From: Candidatus Nanopelagicales bacterium
GTDB lineage: Bacteria; Actinomycetota; Actinomycetes; S36-B12
Assembly (NCBI GenBank): GCA_030830865.1
Contig: JAURME010000073.1
Coordinates: 5,427-69,426 of the forward strand
DNA: 64,000 bases
Reading direction: 5' to 3'
The notes beneath the pieces are model-generated. The model made no database searches. It was not told where the DNA came from and saw only the letters and a list, made by a program, of their open reading frames with translations. Made by a program: the position numbers and the translations under genes. This document shows positions 49,057 through 57,310 of the stretch, in pieces. Numbering within the stretch: the stretch's first letter is position 1; every line of letters starts with the position of its first letter.

Positions 49057-49644
49057 GTGGTCCCCCTCGAACCCCCGCCCGGCACCCGGGCACTGCTGTT
49101 CGACTGCGACGGAACCCTCGTCGACACCATGGGCGTGTACCGCATCGGCTGGCGGCTGGTGTTCGGCCGCCACGGTTTCGAGATGAGCGATGAATGGTTC
49201 GACATCTGGTGCGGTCACAGCACCAAGCCCTTCATCGAGGCGGCATTCCCGGACGCGGACCCGGAGTACGTGAAGCAGGTCTCCGATGAGGGGCACCGGG
49301 CCTTCTTGGAATCCGTTCACCTCGTCGAGCCCTTCGAGCACATCGTCGAGGTGGCCCGGACTCATCACGGGCGTCTGCCGCTGGCGATCGTGTCAGGAGG
49401 GCCGCGGTCATCGGTCGTCGGGTCGCTCAGGGCGGTCGGTATCGAGGACCTCTTCGACCTCGTTGTGACTGCGGACGACGTGGAGGCCGGGAAGCCGGCA
49501 CCGGACGGCTACCTCAGGGCGATGAGCGAGCTCGGTGTCGATGCGGACCACTGCGTCGCCTACGAGGAATCCGGCAGCGGGATGTCGTCCGCCCGTGACG
49601 CCGGCATTCCGGTGATCGTGGACGTGCGACTGCACCGCGCCTGA
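49057..49644 (+). CDS. HAD-superfamily hydrolase (subfamily IA, phosphatase/beta-PGM-like)
   Basis: Motif I LLFDCDGTLVDT, motif II IVSGG, and a motif III/IV K....YEESGSG region. Confidence 0.8.
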   Translation: MVPLEPPPGTRALLFDCDGTLVDTMGVYRIGWRLVFGRHGFEMSDEWFDIWCGHSTKPFIEAAFPDADPEYVKQVSDEGHRAFLESVHLVEPFEHIVEVARTHHGRLPLAIVSGGPRSSVVGSLRAVGIEDLFDLVVTADDVEAGKPAPDGYLRAMSELGVDADHCVAYEESGSGMSSARDAGIPVIVDVRLHRA

Positions 49645-49686
49645 TACTTTCTGAGGGCTCTCACTAGTTTCTCAACCGGAGGACCC

Positions 49687-50157
49687 GTGATCGACTACGC
49701 ATCCCGCATGTTCCACGTCGGCCATCTCGTGCCTGACATCGAGGCTGCGATGGAGCAGTACTCCGCGGATCTCGGGCTGCAGTGGACCGATCTGGTCGTG
49801 CGTGAGGAGCAGCCGCTGTGGACCCCGCAGCGCGGGCAGGAGTCCGTCCTCCTGAAGTTCTGCTACTCGATGGTCGGACCCGAGCGGATCGAGCTCATCG
49901 AGGGTCCGGAGGGCACGCCGTGGTGGCACGGCGACGCGGAGAACCTGCACCACGTGGGCGTGTGGGCTGACGTCCCCGCCCTGACCGAGGAACTCGTCGA
50001 CCGTGGCTGGGAGCTGGTCATGGCGCAGAAGTCGCCGGAGGAGGGCTACGGCTCGTTCACGTATGTGCGCTCGCCGTCCGGCCTGCTGCTCGAGCCCGTC
50101 GCCGAGGCGAACAAGCCGCGTTTCGACGTCTGGTTCGCCACCGGCAAACTCGGCTGA
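49687..50157 (+). CDS. VOC (glyoxalase/bleomycin-resistance/dioxygenase) family protein
   Basis: FHVGHLVPDIEAAMEQY...IELIEG...HHVGVWADV...LLEPV. GTG start after GGAGG. Confidence 0.75.
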   Translation: MIDYASRMFHVGHLVPDIEAAMEQYSADLGLQWTDLVVREEQPLWTPQRGQESVLLKFCYSMVGPERIELIEGPEGTPWWHGDAENLHHVGVWADVPALTEELVDRGWELVMAQKSPEEGYGSFTYVRSPSGLLLEPVAEANKPRFDVWFATGKLG

Positions 50158-50198
50158 TCGCGTGGTGCGGACGAGCAGTCTGTCCTAGTCTTCGGCCC

Positions 50199-51953
50199 AT
50201 GACGACGACTCATGGACAGGTCAGCGACGACTGGTGCGTCGACAGCCCCAAGCTGAACGAGCGCTTCCCGGTCTACACCCGGTTCAACGCCAATGACGTG
50301 CTGCCGGACCCGATCACGCCGCTGGGCGCTGACCTGATCTGGACCCCGCACATCCTCCCGGGCTTCTCCAATGCCTACGCGCAGATGGGCTGCATCTCGG
50401 TGGCCGAGGCGAACGTCGACCAGGACGCGTTCCCGGCCGCCGGCTTCCGCTACGGCCACATGTACGTCAACGTCACCACGGCCCGGCTGACGGGCATCCG
50501 CGCCGGCATGGGCTGGGAGGCCATCGACGCCTCCTTCTTCGGCAGCCATCCCGATGCCCCGCCGCATGAGGATCACCCGGACGACGGCGACCCGGTCGTC
50601 ATGGAGGCCCTCGCTCAGCGCACGCAGTGGACCCTCACGACGTCCTCCTTCCCGGAACTGGAGGAGGACACCCGCATCGCCGACCGGCTGCGCGAGCAGC
50701 GCCCGGACTTCGACCAGATGAGCAACTACGCGCTGGTGGCCTATGCCCGCAGCCTCGCACCCTACGAGCGCATGACCTGGCGCGGTGAGCTCATCGGTGG
50801 CGCGCAGGCCGCCATCGGCCCGGCTGTGATCGGCTCCCTCATCCCGCCGGACATGGGCCTGTCGCCCTTCGACCTCGTGGGCCCGGCCGGAGACGTTGTG
50901 TCGGCTCAGCCGTCCTACGCGCTGTGGGACCTCTCCCGCATCGTGCGCGGGGACGCCGCCCTCATGGAGCTCTTCGACGCCGGTGTCGAGGGCATGGTCC
51001 CGTGGCTGAAGGACCACCACCCGGACTTCCACCAGAAGTTCATGGCCTTCCTCGGCGAGTTCGGCTACCGCGGGCCGTCGGAGTGGGATCTCGGGGCGGA
51101 CTCATGGGAGACCAAGCCCGAACTCCCGCTCGCCCTGATCGATCGCATGCGCTTCCTCGACGACGAGCAGTCGCCGGCGGCCCGTCGTGCTGCCGGCACG
51201 CAGGCCGCCGAGGCGGCCGTCGCCCGCGTCATGGAGGCGCTGGCCGGCAGTGAGGAGGGTCTCGCGACCCTGCGGATGGGCCTGGACTCCGCCCGTCGCT
51301 TCGCCGGCTACCGCGAACTCGGCAAGAGCAACTGCATCAAGGTCATCAACGAGGCCCGCGTGGCTCTGCGCGAGGTCGGCAAGCGGCTCACCGCGGAGGG
51401 CCACCTCGATCACCCGCAGCAGGTGTTCATGGCCCTGGACAGTGAGCTGGATCGCCTGGTGCTCCAGCCGGAACTCGTCACCGACATCCTCAAGCAGCGC
51501 GAGCAGGACTGGAAGGCCTACTTCGACATCGAGGTCCCCCTGTTCCTCGATGCGCGTGCGCCGCGCGTCCCGGTGGCCGATGTCCCGCGCAAGGCGCGTG
51601 AGTCCGGGACCGCGGCGGAAGTGGGCCAAACGCTGCAGGCCATCGGGGCTGCATCGGGCACGGCCAGCGGTCGGGCCCGCATCATCACCGACCCGTCCGC
51701 CATTGCCGAGTTCGAGCCGGGTGACGTGCTGATCGCCCCGCAGACCGATCCGTCGTGGACCCCACTGTTCGTCGTGGCGTCGGCTGTCGTCGTGGGTGTC
51801 GGCGCGCCGAACAGCCACGCGATGATCGTCAGCCGCGAACTCGGCATCCCCTGTGTGGCCGGGCTCGAGGGTGCGACTCGACTCATCCCGGACGGTGCGA
51901 CCGTTACGGTGGACGGCTCTGCCGGCACGGTGACGATCGACTCCCTGGGCTGA
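50199..51953 (+). CDS. PEP-utilising-enzyme mobile (swivel phospho-His) domain protein, RPH/PpsA-like but without an ATP-grasp domain
   Basis: C-terminus GRARIITDPSAIAEFEPGDVLIAPQTDPSWTPLF...GAPNSHAMIVSRELGIPCVAGLEGAT..IPDGATVTVDG. No nucleotide-binding N-terminal domain is visible. Confidence 0.75.
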   Translation: MTTTHGQVSDDWCVDSPKLNERFPVYTRFNANDVLPDPITPLGADLIWTPHILPGFSNAYAQMGCISVAEANVDQDAFPAAGFRYGHMYVNVTTARLTGIRAGMGWEAIDASFFGSHPDAPPHEDHPDDGDPVVMEALAQRTQWTLTTSSFPELEEDTRIADRLREQRPDFDQMSNYALVAYARSLAPYERMTWRGELIGGAQAAIGPAVIGSLIPPDMGLSPFDLVGPAGDVVSAQPSYALWDLSRIVRGDAALMELFDAGVEGMVPWLKDHHPDFHQKFMAFLGEFGYRGPSEWDLGADSWETKPELPLALIDRMRFLDDEQSPAARRAAGTQAAEAAVARVMEALAGSEEGLATLRMGLDSARRFAGYRELGKSNCIKVINEARVALREVGKRLTAEGHLDHPQQVFMALDSELDRLVLQPELVTDILKQREQDWKAYFDIEVPLFLDARAPRVPVADVPRKARESGTAAEVGQTLQAIGAASGTASGRARIITDPSAIAEFEPGDVLIAPQTDPSWTPLFVVASAVVVGVGAPNSHAMIVSRELGIPCVAGLEGATRLIPDGATVTVDGSAGTVTIDSLG

Positions 51954-51958
51954 TCGGG

Positions 51959-52507
51959 GTGCAGGAGCCGCTCATCCGGTATCCGATCGCCCAGTACGCA
52001 TACGTGGTCAACGATCTCGACGAGGGGATCCGTCACTGGGTCGAGGTCATGGGGGCGGGGCCGTTCTTCGTCAGCCGCAACCATCGCGGCAAGGACCACA
52101 CGTACCGTGGCACGCTCGATGAGGCGGTTTTCTCCTATGCCTTCGGGCAGGCCGGCCCTGCGCAGATCCAGTTGATCCAGTGCATGGACGATTCCCCGTC
52201 GGTCTACCGTGACATGTTCGCCCCGGGTGAGGAGGGCTTCCATCATGTGGCCTGCCTCGTGCCGGCTGCTGACATGCAGGCCGAGGTGAAGCGGTTCACC
52301 GATGCCGGCTACGAGGTCGGATCGACGCTGCACTCGTACGTTCCCGTTGCGTACCTCGACTGCCGCAGCGCCCTCGGCTTCTTCGTCGAACTCCACGGGC
52401 TCAACGACGATGTCGACGAATTGTTCCGCGAGATCCGCGAGGCTCACGAGCAGTGGGACGGCGTCACTGATCCGGTGCGCGTGCGGTCGAAGACCAGTTC
52501 GCTGTGA
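51959..52507 (+). CDS. VOC family protein (paralogue A)
   Basis: GTG 51959 lies 5 nt after the upstream stop. IAQYAYVVNDLDEGIRHW...GEEGFHHVA. Confidence 0.75.
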   Translation: MQEPLIRYPIAQYAYVVNDLDEGIRHWVEVMGAGPFFVSRNHRGKDHTYRGTLDEAVFSYAFGQAGPAQIQLIQCMDDSPSVYRDMFAPGEEGFHHVACLVPAADMQAEVKRFTDAGYEVGSTLHSYVPVAYLDCRSALGFFVELHGLNDDVDELFREIREAHEQWDGVTDPVRVRSKTSSL

Positions 52508-53061
52508 CGGCTTCCCCGCTGCTGACCCACCCGGTGGTGCAGCACGCCTTCGTGGTCACCGACCTCGATGACGGCGTCGAGCGTTGGCGGCGCACGCTCG
52601 GCGCCGGGCCGTTCGTCGTCATGCGCGACTTCGTCGGTCGAGAACTGGTCTACCGGGGCGAGCCCAGCACGACGGCCGTCGACTACGCCTTCGGGCAGTC
52701 CGGCGACATCCAGGTACAGCTCATCGCCCAGTCCGATCCGGGGTCGTCGATCTACCGCGACATGTACGCCCCGGGTGAGGAGGGCTTCCATCACGTCTGC
52801 GCCCTCATCCCGATGGAGGATTGGGAGCGGCAGGTGGGGGTCTTCGCCGACGCGGGCTACGTCCTCGCGGCATCACTCATGACCTCGGCTCCCGCGGTCT
52901 ACTTCGACTGCCGGGACGATCTCGGGTGCTTCGTCGAGCTGTACGGTCGCACGGAGCGATCGAGCGGGTTCTTCGCGCACCTGCGAGACCTGCACCGGTC
53001 GTGGGACGGTGTCACCGATCCCGTCCGCTCCCGATCAGACATGAAGAGGACCCATGGTTGA
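52504..53061 (+). CDS. VOC family protein (paralogue B)
   Basis: GTGA overlap with paralogue A. VQHAFVVTDLDDGVERW...GEEGFHHVC. Confidence 0.75.
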   Translation: MTASPLLTHPVVQHAFVVTDLDDGVERWRRTLGAGPFVVMRDFVGRELVYRGEPSTTAVDYAFGQSGDIQVQLIAQSDPGSSIYRDMYAPGEEGFHHVCALIPMEDWERQVGVFADAGYVLAASLMTSAPAVYFDCRDDLGCFVELYGRTERSSGFFAHLRDLHRSWDGVTDPVRSRSDMKRTHG

Positions 53062-53473
53062 GACACCGTTCGAGCTGATCCCGCTCGCCACCGTTCGTGT
53101 CGAGCGAGGGGACATCCATCGCATGGGGGCGACGGCCTTCCACAAGCGCGTCATCGGCGGGATCGCCGAGGGCCGGTGGGAGGGGGAGCGCCTCAGCGGT
53201 GACATCGTCCCTCCGGGTGGTGATTGGGCGATCCCCTCGGGGGACGGGACGATCATGCTGCTGGAGGTGCGGCAGGTCCTCCGCACCGATGACGGTGCCC
53301 TCATCTATGTCACCTACACCGGTCGTGCGGATCGTGGGCGGGGCACCTACACCGTGGCTCCCACCTTCGAGACCGACGACGAGCGGTATGCATGGATCAA
53401 CGGCATCCAGGCCGTCGGTCAGGGACGCAACGATGGCGACGCCATCGTCTACGAGATGTTCGAGGTGCGTTGA
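53054..53473 (+). CDS. DUF3237 (UPF0311)-like beta-barrel protein
   Basis: 139 aa. G.I.G..L.G.I.PGG.DW......G...L.VR..L.TDDGA.IYV.Y.G pattern. 8-nt overlap with the upstream VOC gene. Confidence 0.65.
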   Translation: MVETPFELIPLATVRVERGDIHRMGATAFHKRVIGGIAEGRWEGERLSGDIVPPGGDWAIPSGDGTIMLLEVRQVLRTDDGALIYVTYTGRADRGRGTYTVAPTFETDDERYAWINGIQAVGQGRNDGDAIVYEMFEVR

Positions 53474-53537
53474 TCGGTGTCAGGCACCGACCGATGCCCG
53501 CCTTGACACCGATGGAGGGGCGGATCAGCCTAAGTGG

Positions 53538-53945
53538 ATGACGTGTGTGGAGAAGACTCGACGCGGCCGCACCCGGTGTGCCGCTGCCATGGCAGTACTC
53601 ATTTCTGTCGGCGCCCTGACGCTCGCCATCTCGCCGTCGGCGCACGCCGAGGAGTGCGGCAAGGTGACGTATGCGGACGGCACCGTTGGTCCGAGCGTGT
53701 GCCCAGATGGCAGCCCCAACAGCGCAGTGACCTCCGCCTACCGTACGTACGCCCCTGCGGTGATGGCCCTGAAAGAGAACACGAAGAAGGCCCGACTGAA
53801 GGATGCAGTCAAGGCCGATTGCAGGGCAGGTGTCTCCAAACCGGCGGTGTACGACGCCATCGAATACCAGACGGCCCGATTCGGCTGGTCCAGAGCGACG
53901 GTCAACCCGGTCGTGAAGTACTTGATCAACACCGAGGCCTGCTGA
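53538..53945 (+). CDS. Small secreted cysteine-containing hypothetical protein
   Basis: Signal peptide ...LTLAISPSAHA then EEC. The mature ~97 aa carry 4 Cys including the C-terminal residue. More A/T-containing codons than its neighbours. Confidence 0.5.
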   Translation: MTCVEKTRRGRTRCAAAMAVLISVGALTLAISPSAHAEECGKVTYADGTVGPSVCPDGSPNSAVTSAYRTYAPAVMALKENTKKARLKDAVKADCRAGVSKPAVYDAIEYQTARFGWSRATVNPVVKYLINTEAC

Positions 53946-54027
53946 CCGAGACCGACGCGCTATGTCGGATCGTGTCGCAGGTGGTAGGTGGACGGCCTGA
54001 TTCGGTCCGCGCACGGGAAGGTGACCA

Positions 54028-54783
54028 ATGAGCGGGTCAGCCATCGTCACGGGGGCCGGTGCCGGCATCGGCGAGGCCACGGCCCGCATGCTGAGCGAGC
54101 GCGGGCACTCGGTGATCGCAGCGGATGTCTCAGCCGAGGCGCTGACATGGACGGACGGCGTCGAGGGGGTCACGCCCTTCGTCGGGGATGTGAGTCAGGA
54201 GCGCGACAACCAGCTGATGGTGGCGACGGCACTCGACGCCCACGGGCGACTCGACGTGCTCGTCCTGAACGCCGGCATTGCCCGGCGCACCCACTGGACA
54301 GGTGACGACGCGATCGAGGCGTTCGACCGGATCATGGCCGTGAACGCGCGCGGGGTCGTCCTCGGCATCCGCCACGGTGCGCCAGCGATCGCCGAGTCAG
54401 GCGGAGGAGCCATCGTCGTGGTCGGATCAACGTCCGGGGTGCGCGCGGATCCCGAGCGGTTCGCCTACGACGCTTCGAAGGCCGCAGCCATCAATGCTGC
54501 GCGAGCTGCCGCACTGGACTGGGCTGTCAAGGGGGTGCGGGTCAACGTGATGGCTCCCGGGCCGACGATGACGGCGATCCTGCAGGGCGGGAGGATCACA
54601 CCGGAGCATCTCGACGAGCTCACCCGCAACATCCCCCTGCAGCGCATGGGGACGCCTGAGGAGCAGGCCGAGGCGATCTGCTTCCTCGCTTCGCCGGCGG
54701 CGAGCTTCATCACCGGTGCCGTTCTGATGTGTGACGGGGGAGTGACCGCGCAGGCGGGCATCTTCCCGCCGCCGCGCGCGTGA
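54028..54783 (+). CDS. SDR family oxidoreductase
   Basis: TGAGAGIGEA, NAGI, YDASKAA motifs. Confidence 0.85.
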   Translation: MSGSAIVTGAGAGIGEATARMLSERGHSVIAADVSAEALTWTDGVEGVTPFVGDVSQERDNQLMVATALDAHGRLDVLVLNAGIARRTHWTGDDAIEAFDRIMAVNARGVVLGIRHGAPAIAESGGGAIVVVGSTSGVRADPERFAYDASKAAAINAARAAALDWAVKGVRVNVMAPGPTMTAILQGGRITPEHLDELTRNIPLQRMGTPEEQAEAICFLASPAASFITGAVLMCDGGVTAQAGIFPPPRA

Positions 54784-54792
54784 TCCAGGGGC

Positions 54793-55314
54793 TCAGCGTC
54801 CGATCGTGTAGACGATGTCGTCCATGCCTCGCACGCCGCGCACGTAGGTGTCTGCGAACCCGCTCGCGCCGAGGGCTGGGTCGGTCCGACGCCATGAGTA
54901 AGCGATGACGCGCTCGAGGATCCGCCACTCGGTGCCGCGGCGCTCGAAGACATCGACGTAGCGCAGACCCGCTGTCATGTCGGTCAGCTGCCCGTCGGCA
55001 TCGGTATAGCGGTGGTAGGCCACGGCATAGGTCTCGGAGCGCGCTCGGTCAGCCTCGAGGTCGACGTCCACCAGGATGTTGCCGAGGAAGTGGTTGGTGA
55101 TGTCGAAACGGGCGAGAGCGGCTTTGTTCCACTCCACGAAGTCTGACGCGCTGCCCTTGAAGGAGCCGTGGTCATCGGTGCCCTCCGGCCAGTAGCAGTC
55201 GGCAAGGGCGTCGAAGTCGTAGCGATCGACCGCGCGGCTGTATTCGAGGATGACGCGGGTGATGGCGCGCTCGGCCATGAGCAGCTCAAGGTCGCGCGAC
55301 GAGGTGTCGGACAT
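54793..55314 (-). CDS. SnoaL-like / NTF2-fold protein
   Basis: ITRVILEYSRAVDRYDFDALADCYWPEGTDDHGSFKG...FERRGTEWRI. Start at MSDTSS. Confidence 0.7.
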   Translation of the reverse strand: MSDTSSRDLELLMAERAITRVILEYSRAVDRYDFDALADCYWPEGTDDHGSFKGSASDFVEWNKAALARFDITNHFLGNILVDVDLEADRARSETYAVAYHRYTDADGQLTDMTAGLRYVDVFERRGTEWRILERVIAYSWRRTDPALGASGFADTYVRGVRGMDDIVYTIGR

Positions 55315-55348
55315 GGGGCTCCCGGGGTGAGGTCGTCCCGGTTCACCC

Positions 55349-55377
55349 GTGACGAGATTCTGTAGTGGCTCTATAGT
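55349..55377 (+). promoter_or_regulatory. Candidate housekeeping-sigma promoter for the flavoprotein gene
   Basis: -35 GTGACG (55349-55354), 17-nt spacer, -10 TATAGT (55372-55377). GGGAGG RBS and ATG 55408 lie downstream. Confidence 0.4.
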
Positions 55378-55407
55378 TACCACACGATCATCACGGGAGG
55401 GCGTGAC

Positions 55408-56811
55408 ATGGGCGCATGGGATTTCGACGTCATCGTCGTGGGCTCGGGAGCCGCCGGGCTGTCGGCAGCGCTCGCCGCCGCCGAGGACGGTGCGAGCGTC
55501 CTGGTCGCCGAGTCACAGGGCATCATCGGCGGCTCGTCTCGTCTCTCCGGCGGTCTGATGATGGGCGCCGGCACCCGCTACCAGAAGGCATTGGGGATCG
55601 AGGACTCCCCGGAGGCCCTGTTCCATGACTACATGACCCTGAACCAGTGGAAGGTCGAGTCCGCCGTGGTCGAGCGGCTCACCCAGCGTGCGGGCGCTGC
55701 GGTCGAGTGGCTGGGTGACCACGGTGTCGAGTTCTACGACCAGATGGTCTACGGGGGCGACGAGACCGTGCCGCGCGTGCACTGCCCGATCGGCCGCGGT
55801 CAGGCCGTCGTCGACGTCCTTTACGCGCGCTGTCGCGAGGCAGGCGTGGAGTTCGCTCTCGGTCAGCGGATCGATCGACTCGTCATCGTCGACGGCGCCG
55901 TCCACGGAGTCGCGGTCGGCGATGACGAGATCACGGCGGGCGCCGTTGTCGTGGCCTCCGGCGGGTTCGGTGCCAATGACGAGAAGCGGGCCGAGCTGTT
56001 CCCGTCGGTGTTCGACACTGGATGGTCGTACTACATCGGGGCCGACGGCTCCCAGGGTGATGCACTGGACTTCACGAAGGACGTGAACGCGCAGGTCACC
56101 GGCTATGACCGTGGGCTTCGACTTCTGCACACCGACTTCGACACGATGTACGAGGCGTACATCCCTGGCTGGTTGGTGCTGGTGAACCGTGAGGGTCGGC
56201 GCTTCTGCAACGAGACCGCGCCCTACGGGATCATGGACGGCCTGCTGGCCGAGCAGGGCGATGTCGCATTCGCGATCCTCGACCACCGACGTCTCGTCGA
56301 AGCCACCGAACTGGGCGTGGCGCGCTACAAGCAGTCCATTCCCGGCTCGACGAAGAGGCAGAGCCCGCACTGGAACCTCGACGTCTTCGAGCTGATGATC
56401 AAGGAGGGCAAGGTCCACGTGGCCCACTCCTTGGAAGAGCTGGCCGGCAAGATCGCTGTGCCGGTCGAGAACCTGATGGCGACCGTCGAGCGCGTGAACC
56501 ACCTCACCGAGGTCGGTGAGGACGTCGACTACCTCAAGGACCCGAAGTTCCTCGAGCCCATCGCGGATGGTCCCTTCTACGGTGTCGAGGTGCGACCCGC
56601 CACGTGCTGCTTCACCGCCTGCGGCCTTCGGATCGACCGTGACGCCAACGTCCTGGACTCCGCGGGGCGCGCGATCCCCGGGCTGTTCGCGGCCGGCGAG
56701 GTGTGCGGCGGCGTCATCGGCCCCCGGTACGTGGGCAGCGGCAACTCCTACGGAAACTGCGTGACGATGGGTCGGGTGGCAGGCCAGTCCGCCGCCGCGG
56801 TGGCAGGCTGA
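55408..56811 (+). CDS. FAD-dependent oxidoreductase (fumarate reductase/KstD-like flavoprotein)
   Basis: DVIVVGSGAAGLSAALAAAEDGASVLVAE dinucleotide fold. C-terminal GLFAAGEV.GG motif. Confidence 0.8.
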   Translation: MGAWDFDVIVVGSGAAGLSAALAAAEDGASVLVAESQGIIGGSSRLSGGLMMGAGTRYQKALGIEDSPEALFHDYMTLNQWKVESAVVERLTQRAGAAVEWLGDHGVEFYDQMVYGGDETVPRVHCPIGRGQAVVDVLYARCREAGVEFALGQRIDRLVIVDGAVHGVAVGDDEITAGAVVVASGGFGANDEKRAELFPSVFDTGWSYYIGADGSQGDALDFTKDVNAQVTGYDRGLRLLHTDFDTMYEAYIPGWLVLVNREGRRFCNETAPYGIMDGLLAEQGDVAFAILDHRRLVEATELGVARYKQSIPGSTKRQSPHWNLDVFELMIKEGKVHVAHSLEELAGKIAVPVENLMATVERVNHLTEVGEDVDYLKDPKFLEPIADGPFYGVEVRPATCCFTACGLRIDRDANVLDSAGRAIPGLFAAGEVCGGVIGPRYVGSGNSYGNCVTMGRVAGQSAAAVAG

Positions 56812-56816
56812 CGAGT

Positions 56817-57308
56817 ATGGACATCGACGAACTCGTCGCCCGAGAACAGATCCGCGAGGCGACCCTGCGATACGCACGGGGCGTGGATCGCCTCGATGCC
56901 GACCTGATGAAGTCGGCTTACTGGCCCGATGCCACGGACGACCACGGGCGGTTCGTCGGCAACGGCTGGGAGTTCGCCGACCGTGTCGTGGGCACCCACG
57001 ACCGTTGGTCGTCGACGATGCACTGCGTCTACAACCACAGCATCGAGTTCGACGACGCCGACCATGCCCGAGGCGAGCTCTACAACGTCACATACCTCGT
57101 CCCGAGGGACGGGAGTCCATGGAACGTGTGGCTGGGTCGGTACCTCGATAGCTACGAGCGCCGCGACGGTGAATGGCGGATCAGCCACCGCACCTGCGTG
57201 CACGAGTCGACGACCACCATTGAGCACGCGCCGATGCCGGGTGACATGTCGAAATTCCGGACCGGTGAGGATGACCGTCCGCGTGGGGATCGTCCCCTCG
57301 GAATCTGA
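56817..57308 (+). CDS. SnoaL-like / NTF2-fold protein
   Basis: IREATLRYARGVDRLDADLMKSAYWPDATDDHGRFVG...YERRDGEWRI. ATG lies 5 nt after the flavoprotein stop. Confidence 0.7.
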   Translation: MDIDELVAREQIREATLRYARGVDRLDADLMKSAYWPDATDDHGRFVGNGWEFADRVVGTHDRWSSTMHCVYNHSIEFDDADHARGELYNVTYLVPRDGSPWNVWLGRYLDSYERRDGEWRISHRTCVHESTTTIEHAPMPGDMSKFRTGEDDRPRGDRPLGI

Positions 57309-57310
57309 CG

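Noticed and set aside
50181-50187. TGTCCTA heptamer shared between the leader of the swivel-His gene and the 59807 repeat region, as a common operator
   Set aside because: A 7-mer is expected several times by chance in 64 kb on two strands. There is no palindromic partner at 50181.
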